Assembly: GCA_022565235.1 (NCBI GenBank)
Contig: JADFJW010000003.1
Span: 1 to 41,761, forward strand
DNA length: 41,761 nt
Direction: 5' to 3'
Origin: Nanobdellota archaeon
GTDB lineage: Archaea > Nanobdellota > Nanobdellia > Woesearchaeales > GW2011-AR4
A program made the position numbers and the translations under genes. Below are positions 1 through 9,214 of the stretch, one piece after another (the first letter of the stretch is position 1; each line of letters begins with the position of its first letter). The notes under the pieces were generated by a model. It was not told where the DNA came from, ran no database searches, and was given only the letters and a program-made list of their open reading frames with translations.

Positions 1-2
1 AA

Positions 3-2762
3 CCAAGAATCATCGCTTCAATCTTTAATGTCACTTCTCCCAGAAAAGGTGATGTGATTAACTTTACTGCAAACGCTACTGATGATACTGCTTTAGATAC
101 TTGCATATTCTACATGAATGGCACGACTGGTGGCATATTCAAGGTTGAGAATGAAAGCTTCCCCACACAACCAACTTCTGGACAATGCTCTCAAAACTGG
201 ACTATTGATTTAATCAGGGGAAATGTAATTAACTTTACAACTGTAGTTAATGATACCTCAACAAATGTTGCTGGCGGTAATTTAAATCAATCAGAGCAGA
301 TAATAACGGTAGCCGATTTCATAGCAACTGTAAGCATAGGAATAAATAATTCTGCGCCAAAGATAAATGAGGTTATTAATGTAAGTTCCAATACAACAGA
401 TCTGGATAATCTTGCCTGGTGTTTAATTAAGCATAACGGGACTGCAGATGGCAGCTTTACAAACAATACTTTTGAACTTTCCGGAACAGATGGCTTTTGC
501 TCTGACCCTATAAGCATTACTTTAGTCAGGGGCAATGTGATTAACTTTACCATAGAAATAAATGACAGCCTAGGTGGGATTATCTATGAGAATTCCACTA
601 AGGTTACAGTTACAAATACACCGGCACCGCAAGCTAGTATCATATTTCCGCCAGATGACTTTAAGACTAATAAACTACCTTTGGACTTGAATGTAACGTT
701 TGCTGCTGATCCTGATAATGATGTTATCAATATAACTTATTATATTGATGGTAAGATAAATCAGACACAAATAGAATTAAACACAACATTTAATGCTTCT
801 GATGGAGTTTATATTTTGAATGTTAGCTTGCATGATAATGTTATACCTGTTGAATATAGTATTAATGTGACTATTAACTTTACTATCGATACTGTTGTTC
901 CGGTTGTTAATACAAGTTTGAATCAAACAACAAATATTGGGTTTGGTGATGTCATAAATTTAACAGCTAATGTTACTGATGGTGTTGATCTAAGCTTCTG
1001 CCAGATTATTATTAATCAATCCGGTCCAAACGACTTAGAATTCATTAATATATCACTTTCAGGAACAACTGGACAATGTTCTAAGTCATCTACTGTAACT
1101 TTAGTCGGTGGAAACGTAATTAATTATACCATTAGGGTTAATGACACTGCTGGCAACTTTAGGACTAATGATACTATAATTACTGTTGTAGATAAAATAG
1201 CTCCAGTTATAAACGGCACCTTGAATAAGTCCTTATCAAATATCTTGCAAAATGATGTAATTAATGTGAGCTTTAATGCAACCGATGAAATTGAATTAAG
1301 CGATGGGACTATAATTATTAATGAGACTGGATTTAATAGGTACTTTAACTTTAGTCTTGAAGGAAAAACAGCGGCAGGATTCAGCCAGAACTTTACCATT
1401 AACTGCACAGCAGGCTGCGTTATAAACGTTACAGGAAGGGTAAATGATACATCAGGGAACATAAAACAGAATGAAACAATATTTACAGTCACAGAAGAAG
1501 AAATACCACCTGGAACTACGACAACCACTACAACAACCGGGGGCGGAGGAGGCGGAGGCGCTCGAGGAGGCGGCATCGTACTTCCGAAAAAAGATTTCTC
1601 AGTAGATCTAAACACGATAAAATCCAGCATATTGCAGGGAGAAACAAAAACAACGACATTGAGAGTAAAAAATACTGGAGGTACAAAGCTTCAATTCTCC
1701 GTTGAGATACAAAACCTTGGTAAATTTATTGAGGTTAGCGATGATTCTTTCGAGCTTGGACCGGATGAGTCTAAAACTATTACTTTCTCCTTTACAGCAT
1801 CAGAAAATGAGCTGCCCGATGTTTATAGTGGAAAAATAGTAATTAAAGCTGATGGGATTGAGAAGAGCATAATAACAATAATAGAGGTAACGGAAAGAAA
1901 AGCATTATTTGATGTCAGTATAGCTGTGGATAAGAATTATAAAAAAGTTCTAAAGGACCAGGAAGTTAAGATAGATATCGATCTGACAAATCTTGGTACT
2001 CTTGCACCTGTAGACGTTGAATTATTTTATGCAATAAAAGATCTGGATGAAAATATTATTGTCTTTAAAACAGAAAGCCTGGCAGTAAATGATAGGCTGA
2101 CTGTAAGCAGAAGCTTACAAATTCCGAATGATCTTGAGGTAGGCAAGTATATAGTCTATGTCAGGGTTTTATACAATGACCAGATTGCAGCGAGCAGTGA
2201 TTTGTTTGAGGTTGTGGACATTCTTCCGGGGCTCGGTGGATTAGGTGCCATAAAGACAATAGGCACAATAGTTCTTGCACTAGTCTTACTGTTACTGGTT
2301 ATTAATGGACTCTACTATTCAGATATATTAAGAGAACAACAAAGAGAACAATTACAAAGAAAAGTACAGGAATTCCTAGCCAAGAGAAAAGAAAAAATCA
2401 TAACACGACCAAAAGAAAGAGTTCTAGAGACCAAGGAAGGGTTGCAAATTCTTTTAGAAAAACCAAAACAAAAGATTAGCAAGGTCATGGAGACAATTAA
2501 GGTAGTGCCGAGAAAGACACCTGAACAGAGGATAATAAGTGAAAAAGAACTTGAAATAAGGAAAATTTCGTCACAAATTGAGGAGTGGGAGAAGAAAGGC
2601 TATGACTCCACAATGCTGGAGCTTGAAATAAAAGCATTGGAAGATAAAGAACTAGGAAAACAAATTGAAAAATTAAAAGAGTGGAAGAGTAAAGGTTACA
2701 ACACTTTTATACTGGAAGAGAAGATCAAAAACAACTATAAAAAAGATTTAATGAGGAAATAA
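3..2762 (+). CDS. Large membrane-anchored surface (S-layer/adhesin-like) protein with repeated Ig-like domains; 5' end lies outside the window
   Basis: The frame is open from nt 3 (PRIIASIFNVTSPRKGDVINF), so the GTG at 54 is internal. It has ~95-aa repeats (xVINxTxNxTD...C...C...VINxTxxVND), many N-x-S/T sequons, a Thr/Gly linker (PPGTTTTTTTTGGGGGGG), further beta-rich domains, one TM helix (TIGTIVLALVLLLLVINGLYY) and a charged tail. Confidence 0.75.
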   Translation, partial: PRIIASIFNVTSPRKGDVINFTANATDDTALDTCIFYMNGTTGGIFKVENESFPTQPTSGQCSQNWTIDLIRGNVINFTTVVNDTSTNVAGGNLNQSEQIITVADFIATVSIGINNSAPKINEVINVSSNTTDLDNLAWCLIKHNGTADGSFTNNTFELSGTDGFCSDPISITLVRGNVINFTIEINDSLGGIIYENSTKVTVTNTPAPQASIIFPPDDFKTNKLPLDLNVTFAADPDNDVINITYYIDGKINQTQIELNTTFNASDGVYILNVSLHDNVIPVEYSINVTINFTIDTVVPVVNTSLNQTTNIGFGDVINLTANVTDGVDLSFCQIIINQSGPNDLEFINISLSGTTGQCSKSSTVTLVGGNVINYTIRVNDTAGNFRTNDTIITVVDKIAPVINGTLNKSLSNILQNDVINVSFNATDEIELSDGTIIINETGFNRYFNFSLEGKTAAGFSQNFTINCTAGCVINVTGRVNDTSGNIKQNETIFTVTEEEIPPGTTTTTTTTGGGGGGGARGGGIVLPKKDFSVDLNTIKSSILQGETKTTTLRVKNTGGTKLQFSVEIQNLGKFIEVSDDSFELGPDESKTITFSFTASENELPDVYSGKIVIKADGIEKSIITIIEVTERKALFDVSIAVDKNYKKVLKDQEVKIDIDLTNLGTLAPVDVELFYAIKDLDENIIVFKTESLAVNDRLTVSRSLQIPNDLEVGKYIVYVRVLYNDQIAASSDLFEVVDILPGLGGLGAIKTIGTIVLALVLLLLVINGLYYSDILREQQREQLQRKVQEFLAKRKEKIITRPKERVLETKEGLQILLEKPKQKISKVMETIKVVPRKTPEQRIISEKELEIRKISSQIEEWEKKGYDSTMLELEIKALEDKELGKQIEKLKEWKSKGYNTFILEEKIKNNYKKDLMRK

Positions 2763-2763
2763 A

Positions 2764-3507
2764 TTGGACATTAACGAACTCAAGAAAGATGTTGAAGCCT
2801 TTGGCAAGGGAGTAGAAAGACTTGAGCAGCTTAAAGCGCAGTTTGATAAGATTAATACTTCCGGCCATAAAGATGAAGCTAAGGAAATAGAGAGCATGCT
2901 GAAGAACGTTTCAGCTATACCTGAGCTTGAAGTTAAGATTGTTAAATTGAAAAATGCTGTTCAAAGGAAAAATAGTAAATATACTAAAAAAACTGAATTT
3001 AAGGTAAAACTGCAGCAAAGAGAAGAAAATATTCTAAAAGAAAAATATGAATCTGAACTAAAAGCTAAAATGGTGGAACTGGAGAGGAAAAATTCTCTAT
3101 ATTTAGCAGAAAAAGAAAAAGGAATAACGGATAAAGTAAAGGAGAATAATCTTAAATATCTAAAAGATAAAGAAACCCTTATCAGAAATGAAGCCTTGAC
3201 CAATTTGGAGAAAGAAAAAGAACTTTTGAAAGACAAAAACGAATTGGAAATTCAAGGTAAAATTAGAGACATGGAAATTAAAAATGCAGATTATTTAAGA
3301 AATAAGGAGAATGAGTTAAGGGCTGAGAACGAAACATCCGGAAATGATTTCTATGAAAAATTACAGGATAAGGAGAAACAGTTAAAAAAAGTTCCGGAAA
3401 TCGAATTCACTAAATCGAAAGTGCCGCAAATTGAACAAACAAAAGATCCTCAGGAAAATAAGCATGAACAGGATGATTCAGTAAAGCATGAACCAGATAA
3501 CAAATAA
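2764..3507 (+). CDS. Hypothetical K/E-rich coiled-coil protein
   Basis: 247-aa ORF with a TTG start 1 nt after the upstream stop, preceded by GAGG; heptad-like charged sequence. Confidence 0.65.
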   Translation: MDINELKKDVEAFGKGVERLEQLKAQFDKINTSGHKDEAKEIESMLKNVSAIPELEVKIVKLKNAVQRKNSKYTKKTEFKVKLQQREENILKEKYESELKAKMVELERKNSLYLAEKEKGITDKVKENNLKYLKDKETLIRNEALTNLEKEKELLKDKNELEIQGKIRDMEIKNADYLRNKENELRAENETSGNDFYEKLQDKEKQLKKVPEIEFTKSKVPQIEQTKDPQENKHEQDDSVKHEPDNK

Positions 3508-4293
3508 TTATTCAATTTTAAAATTTCCAGCAGGCAAAGCCCTTATTATCTCGTCCAAACTTAAACCCTTGCCTAATTTATAATTTATTTTCTTTGCAAC
3601 GCTGCTTACCTTTTCATTTCCTTGTTTTAAGGTAATATATTTTTCACAATTTTTCTTGATTGCCTCTAAAGGACCTGACATTATCGCTCTGTCTTTTGTA
3701 ATTCCTACAGCTAAATTAATTTTGTTTTCTGTATAATCAGTCTTGCCGTAAATCATAAATGCTCCTTTCCCCATATATTCTCCGGCTTTTGTTTTTTTGC
3801 TTACTTGGTCTGGCTTGACATAGAAGACATCTGATGTCTGCAAGCCCAATTTCCATGTTCTTGAAAATGTGCAGACAGCATCAGCAGCTTCTTTGATAGT
3901 AGAAGTAGGAATTTCCTTGTCCTCTGCCTTGATAACAAAGAAAGGGCTCCCTGACATATCTGTATGCAGGACTAAATCATTTTTATCAGTATGTTTTTTG
4001 ATTACAATTTCATTGGAGGTAGCATCTCTTCCGCCGATGACAAGAAATCCATCAGAAGAAATAAACCAGCGAAACTTCTCATACCATTCTTTATCCCTCT
4101 CAACTATTCTATTTTCTTTTTCTTCTGCTGCTAATTTCTCATTTTTTTCCTCAAGATTTTTCAGTTTCTTGATGCCCCGCTTCAAAGCTTCCTCTGCACC
4201 CTTGATCTTCTTTTTCATCTTTTTGGCCTTTTCATAGTAATCAGATGCATTTTCCTCTATAGATTTCTTCAAATCCAGGACTAATCTTGTCAT
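3508..4293 (-). CDS. NFACT RNA-binding (NFACT-R/DUF814) protein, C-terminal portion of an Rqc2/NEMF-like factor
   Basis: Motifs SIEENASDYYEKAKK, WYEKFRWFISSDGFLVIGGRDATSNE, LHTDMSGSP and VSKKTKAGEYMGKGAFMIYG are typical of archaeal Rqc2 C-terminal halves. Confidence 0.85.
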   Translation of the reverse strand: MTRLVLDLKKSIEENASDYYEKAKKMKKKIKGAEEALKRGIKKLKNLEEKNEKLAAEEKENRIVERDKEWYEKFRWFISSDGFLVIGGRDATSNEIVIKKHTDKNDLVLHTDMSGSPFFVIKAEDKEIPTSTIKEAADAVCTFSRTWKLGLQTSDVFYVKPDQVSKKTKAGEYMGKGAFMIYGKTDYTENKINLAVGITKDRAIMSGPLEAIKKNCEKYITLKQGNEKVSSVAKKINYKLGKGLSLDEIIRALPAGNFKIE

Positions 4294-4379
4294 GAAATAA
4301 ATAGTTATGAAAAGTTTTTATAAGCTTTTCTTAATTATTAATACAAATATTTATAAAACCTAAATCCAAGAAAAGCAAT

Positions 4380-5114
4380 ATGCCAGAACAACCGCAACAA
4401 CAAGCGCCTCAACAGCAGATGAGTGAAGAGCAAGTTAAGGTCCTGCAGGAAAAGCTCAAGAATATGTCTCCTGAGGAATTAAAAGAATTTCAGAAAAAAC
4501 AATGCATTTTTTGCCAGATCATAGCCGGGAAAGTGCAGTCAAAAAAGGTCTATGATGATGAAGAGGTAATTGCGATCCTTGATGTCAATCCTGCTAATCC
4601 GGGGCATCTTCTGATCATGCCCAAGGAACATTACTCAATAATGCCTCAAATCCCTGAAGATGAAGTAGGGCATATTTTCATGGTCGCTAAGGCTCTTTCT
4701 AATGTTTCATTGAGGGCATTGGAAGTGCAAGGCTCTAACATCATTGTAGCAAACGGTGTCGCTGCCGGGCAGCGCGCCCAGCATTTCATGGTGCATTTAA
4801 TACCAAGAAAAGATAATGACAATATAAATTTCCAGATTCCGCAAAAAAATATTCCAGAGCAGGAATTGAAGAAAATAAGGGATTTATTGTCAAAAAATTT
4901 GGGTACAAAGGCAAAAGAGCAGGGAATGCCGCCTGTGCCGGTAATTCCCACAGGAAAAAGGGTTGTAGAGGCTGAGTTCAAAGAAAAGAAGCCCGGTAAA
5001 AAAAGGGAAGTGGAAAAAGAGACTAAAAATAAAGAAACAAAAAAAGAAGTAAAAAAATCAAGTGAAAGTGGAATCAATCTTGATGATATAGCAAAAGTCC
5101 TGGGTGCGAGATAA
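4380..5114 (+). CDS. HIT-family protein with degenerate histidine triad
   Basis: CIFCQII, LDVNPANPGHLLIMPKEH, NGVAAGQ, then HFMVHLIPR in place of HxHxH; Q-rich N-terminus and K-rich C-terminus. Confidence 0.85.
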   Translation: MPEQPQQQAPQQQMSEEQVKVLQEKLKNMSPEELKEFQKKQCIFCQIIAGKVQSKKVYDDEEVIAILDVNPANPGHLLIMPKEHYSIMPQIPEDEVGHIFMVAKALSNVSLRALEVQGSNIIVANGVAAGQRAQHFMVHLIPRKDNDNINFQIPQKNIPEQELKKIRDLLSKNLGTKAKEQGMPPVPVIPTGKRVVEAEFKEKKPGKKREVEKETKNKETKKEVKKSSESGINLDDIAKVLGAR

Positions 5115-5115
5115 A

Positions 5116-5679
5116 ATGGCTGATAAAACTAGAGAAAGCTGCTTGATATGCCAGATCGTCGCAAACAAAGTTCCATCACATAAGGTTTATGAGGATGATT
5201 TAACACTGGCTGTTTTGGATGTAAACGGAGCTAATCCTGGGCATTGTTTTGTTATTCCAAAAAACCATTATCCTATTATTGAGCAAGTGCCTGACCAGGA
5301 ACTCGCGAATCTTTTTGGTGTGGCAAATAAGATTTCCAGCTCAATATTCGAGAATTTAAAAGCCCAGGGAACAAACATATTTGTTGCAAATGGAATCCCG
5401 GCCGGCCAGACCGTAGCTCATTTTGTGATTAATGTCATACCAAGAAAGGAAAATGATGGCATTAACTTACAATGGAAGCCTAAACAATTAACTCAGGAAG
5501 AGATGTCAACTGTTGAGCTTAAGCTTAAAGAGCAAATAGAGAATATTGGTGTGGGAAAGATCGAACCCATAGAGGGGTCAAAAACTTTATCGGGGCCAGT
5601 ACAAGCAGGCACACAACCTATATCGGAGGATGATGAAGATGAAGATTATATCTCCAGGCAGATGAATAGGATACCTTAA
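5116..5679 (+). CDS. HIT-family protein with degenerate histidine triad (tandem paralog)
   Basis: CLICQIV, LDVNGANPGHCFVIPKNH, NGIPAGQTVAHFVINVIPR. ATG at 5116 follows a GGGTG RBS and lies 1 nt after the upstream stop. Confidence 0.85.
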   Translation: MADKTRESCLICQIVANKVPSHKVYEDDLTLAVLDVNGANPGHCFVIPKNHYPIIEQVPDQELANLFGVANKISSSIFENLKAQGTNIFVANGIPAGQTVAHFVINVIPRKENDGINLQWKPKQLTQEEMSTVELKLKEQIENIGVGKIEPIEGSKTLSGPVQAGTQPISEDDEDEDYISRQMNRIP

Positions 5680-5725
5680 ACAATGAAAAATGAATTTTTC
5701 AAGTATAAAAATATGAGAAATATTT

Positions 5726-6631
5726 TTATACAATCAAAAACACCAAATTACCATAAATCAAAGTAATAACATAGGCAGCAAAAAAACTAGGGACAAAAGG
5801 AATCCCTTCTTTGATTAATATCCTCTTTACCTTGCCTCTTTTATAGAACTCTATCAATTTCTTAATTTTCTTTTTCTCTATTCCCAGGTCTTTTGGTCCG
5901 GTTATGTATTTTCCATCCACTTTAACATCTTTGGCGATCCAGTCTCCCTCAGTAAGCTGCTGCGGCTTAACATACTTCAGCATGCATATATTTTCAACAG
6001 CTTTAATGGAAATCCAAAGGTAAAATGTCAATACTGAAACAATCGCAACATAAAACATCATCAGCTTAACTAAATTATCCTGGATAAATAGACCGACTAA
6101 AATTAAAATTATGAATAAGATAAATACTGCCCTTTTTGATAATATAACTTTCTTATTTTTTATGGATTTCTTAAATTCCTCAACAAATTTCTTTCTATTC
6201 CTAAAAATAGAAAAAACAGCCCATAAAATCCCATACAAGGCCCCTAAAAGCAAAGCATTGATTAAAAACCCAAAAAGGAAAAATTGTCCGGAAAAGAAGT
6301 CTATTCCAATTATAGCTCCCAAGCCCATCAATATCTTGCTGTCGCCGCCACCCCATTGGCCTGTATAAAACATCATCCATGCTATTACAAAGAATATTGC
6401 AAATCCTACAATACTAGCCAGAATAAAATTAATATTCCAGAAAATAATGGAGAAAATCAGATTTATCCCGAAACCGGTTCCTATCAACCCAAAATTAACC
6501 CAGTCAGGAACTTCTCTTGTCTTAATATCTGTGTAAGAGCCTATTAACAAAACAAGGAATCCAAGAGTATAGGGAATAAGGACCGTTAAAGGCGTATTTT
6601 GGATGCTATTAATGATTGTCTCAATGGGCAT
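5726..6631 (-). CDS. A24-family prepilin/preflagellin peptidase (PibD/FlaK-like)
   Basis: Multi-TM protein with catalytic Asp motifs TDIKTREVPD and WGGGDSK, and C-terminal GIPFVPSF. Confidence 0.88.
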   Translation of the reverse strand: MPIETIINSIQNTPLTVLIPYTLGFLVLLIGSYTDIKTREVPDWVNFGLIGTGFGINLIFSIIFWNINFILASIVGFAIFFVIAWMMFYTGQWGGGDSKILMGLGAIIGIDFFSGQFFLFGFLINALLLGALYGILWAVFSIFRNRKKFVEEFKKSIKNKKVILSKRAVFILFIILILVGLFIQDNLVKLMMFYVAIVSVLTFYLWISIKAVENICMLKYVKPQQLTEGDWIAKDVKVDGKYITGPKDLGIEKKKIKKLIEFYKRGKVKRILIKEGIPFVPSFFAAYVITLIYGNLVFLIV

Positions 6632-6789
6632 TTTGCGTTTAAAAACAACAATGTTTATAAATATTATCGCATTATAACTTGCTATGGATAATGTTCGTAA
6701 GTCCGGCGCGTAAAGAGTTCTTACATTTTTATTAGTTTATAGTTTATTTTTTATTGTTTTGTCGATATAATGTTTTTAGGGTGTTAAAA

Positions 6790-7821
6790 ATGTCAATATA
6801 CCAGAAAAATCCAAAGTGGAAAGGGCATTTGAAGAATTATATGTCCATGGACAGGTTTCCAAAGATAGAAGGCTATAATTTCGATGATAAGTTTGATTTT
6901 AAAAGATTCATTGAGAGCTATCAAAATATCGGCTTCCAGGGCTCTAATTTAGGCATGGCATTCAATATATTTGCAAAAATGCTGGAAGAAAAGAAAAATA
7001 AGAAACTAAGCATATGGATGTCTTTTACCGGCAATATGATAAGCTCTGGAAACAGGGAAATCATAGCTTATCTGGTAAAAAACAAGCTTATTGATGGCAT
7101 TACAACAACCGCAGCTTCTTTAGAGGAAGATGTCATTAAATGCATTAAGCCATTCCACTTAGGCAGTTTTGACATAAAAGGAGAATTTTTGTTAGACGAA
7201 TCCATAGGGAGAATAGGAAATATTTTAGCGCCAATGGACCGTTACTTGTACTTTGAAAGGTTCTTTAATGATTTTTTCAAGAAATTAATGAAAGAATTTA
7301 AGGGAATTCCAGGAACTTATGAAGTTGCAAGAGAGATGGGAAAGCACATTAAAAATAATCCATTAACAAAAAAAAATTATAATAAATCATTCTTATACTG
7401 GGCATGGAAAAATAAAGTTCCTGTTTTCTGTCCGGGCATAACAGATGGCGCCATGGGAGACTTAACGACTTTCTTTAAAAGAAAGCATCCGGAGTTTGCA
7501 ATAGATGTGACTAAAGACAATTTTACATTAACAAACTTATTGCAAAATACCAATAAAGCAGGATGCATAGTTTTAGGTGGTGGAATTGCAAAACACTTTT
7601 TATTGAATTCAGCAATCTTTAGGGAGGGCTTTGAATACTCTATTTATATAACTACGGCTAATGAGTATGACGGTTCAGATTCTGGTGGAAACCAGGAAGA
7701 AGCGATAAGCTGGGCAAAGATAAAGCCAAATGCTTCCAGAGTAAAAATAGTTGCAGATGCTACGTTGATATTTCCGTTGTTGGTTGCTGGGACTTTAGGT
7801 AAAATCAGAACTTTTTCTTAA
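6790..7821 (+). CDS. dys: Deoxyhypusine synthase family protein
   Basis: GFQGSNLG, SFTGNMISSG, EEDVIKC, RIGN, PGITDG, LGGGIAKH, DGSDSG and EAISWAKI (catalytic Lys). ATG at 6790 preferred over TTG at 6754. Confidence 0.92.
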   Translation: MSIYQKNPKWKGHLKNYMSMDRFPKIEGYNFDDKFDFKRFIESYQNIGFQGSNLGMAFNIFAKMLEEKKNKKLSIWMSFTGNMISSGNREIIAYLVKNKLIDGITTTAASLEEDVIKCIKPFHLGSFDIKGEFLLDESIGRIGNILAPMDRYLYFERFFNDFFKKLMKEFKGIPGTYEVAREMGKHIKNNPLTKKNYNKSFLYWAWKNKVPVFCPGITDGAMGDLTTFFKRKHPEFAIDVTKDNFTLTNLLQNTNKAGCIVLGGGIAKHFLLNSAIFREGFEYSIYITTANEYDGSDSGGNQEEAISWAKIKPNASRVKIVADATLIFPLLVAGTLGKIRTFS

Positions 7822-9199
7822 TAGGTTTTTTCTTTTTGTCAATCAGCCCATTGTTTTTGATCACATCTTTGTAGAAGTATGCGCTGTCTTTCCATGTTCT
7901 CTCAAGAGTCTCAAAATTAACGTGTATTAATCCGAATCTTTTAGAGTATCCCCACTCCCACTCAAAATTGTCCATTTGAGACCATACTAAATAACCTTTC
8001 AAATTTACTCCGTCTCGAATGGCTTCCCATGCTTCTTTAAAATGTTCTTTTAAATAATTAATTCTCTTGATGTCATGTACTTTCTTATCTTTGGTCAGAA
8101 AATCTTCAAATGCGGCTCCGTTTTCAGTAATGTATACTGGTATATCCCTATAATATCTTTTCAGCATTAACAACATATTGTGTATTCCATGAGGATATTT
8201 TTCCCAACCCATATCCGTATATTCGGATCCTTTAACTTTTACTTGTTCAATGCATAATTCATTTCTACACATCTTTTCTGCACGGTCATCCGACTTATAG
8301 ACAGTCCTAAAATAGTAATTGATACCCAAAAAATCGATTGGACTTCTAATAATATCCATATCCCCACTTTTAATCACTGGTGTCTTTCCTCTTTCTTTGA
8401 AAAAGTTAAACAACATTCGTGGATAAGATCCTCTAAATAATGGGTCTAGGAACCAAGAATTCTTAAGTTCATGCTGCTTTTGTGCAGCAAGTTGATCTTC
8501 GTTGGAATTGCTATTTGCAAATACTTCATGATTGCTCAATGCAATTCCTATTTTTCCTTTAAATCCAAGTTTTCTATATATTTGAATTGCTTTTCCATGT
8601 GAGAGAAGAAGATTATGTGCTACTTGAAGGGCTATTTTCATATCCTTGATACCTGGAGCTTTTTTTCCAAAAGCATATCCTTCATAAGCAACAACAGCAG
8701 GTTCGTTAATAGTAATCCACAAAGAAATTTTATTGCCTAATTCTTTAAAAATGAAAGTTGCATACGATACAAATGCATCCACGGTTTTTCCATTTAACCA
8801 GCCGCCTTTTTCCTGCAACTTTTGTGGCAAGTCCCAATGGTAAAGAGTAACAACAGGCTGAATATTGGCAGCCAGCAATTCATTTACCAAACTTCTGTAA
8901 AACTTTAAGCCTTTATTGTTTGGTTTTCCAACTCCATTTGGAAAAATCCTGGGCCACGAGATAGAAAATCTGTAGCTCTTAACACCCAGTTTCCTCATTA
9001 TTTTGATGTCTTCTTTATACCTATGATAATGATCGCACGCTACGTCTCCAGTTTCGTGATTTTGAATTTTTCCAGATTTATGAGTAAAATTATCCCAAAT
9101 AGACTCTCCTTTGCCATCCTCATTCCACGCACCCTCTACTTGGTATGCGGATGTCGCCGTTCCCCATACAAATCCCTTTGGAAATATATAATTTGCCAT
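7805..9199 (-). CDS. bglA: GH1 beta-glucosidase
   Basis: FPKGFVWGTATSAYQVEG, YRFSISWPRI, TLYHWDLP, TINEP (acid/base Glu), ITENG (nucleophile Glu), DNFEW and RFG. Confidence 0.95.
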   Translation of the reverse strand: MANYIFPKGFVWGTATSAYQVEGAWNEDGKGESIWDNFTHKSGKIQNHETGDVACDHYHRYKEDIKIMRKLGVKSYRFSISWPRIFPNGVGKPNNKGLKFYRSLVNELLAANIQPVVTLYHWDLPQKLQEKGGWLNGKTVDAFVSYATFIFKELGNKISLWITINEPAVVAYEGYAFGKKAPGIKDMKIALQVAHNLLLSHGKAIQIYRKLGFKGKIGIALSNHEVFANSNSNEDQLAAQKQHELKNSWFLDPLFRGSYPRMLFNFFKERGKTPVIKSGDMDIIRSPIDFLGINYYFRTVYKSDDRAEKMCRNELCIEQVKVKGSEYTDMGWEKYPHGIHNMLLMLKRYYRDIPVYITENGAAFEDFLTKDKKVHDIKRINYLKEHFKEAWEAIRDGVNLKGYLVWSQMDNFEWEWGYSKRFGLIHVNFETLERTWKDSAYFYKDVIKNNGLIDKKKKPIKKKF

Positions 9200-9214
9200 A
9201 ATATGATCTAGTAA

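Noticed and set aside
6699-6708. AAGTCCGGCG identical to the tRNA-Tyr intron/3'-exon junction (23377-86), a possible att site
   Set aside because: Only 10 nt, no integrase, and the enclosed region holds core genes (rps12, rps7, metG).
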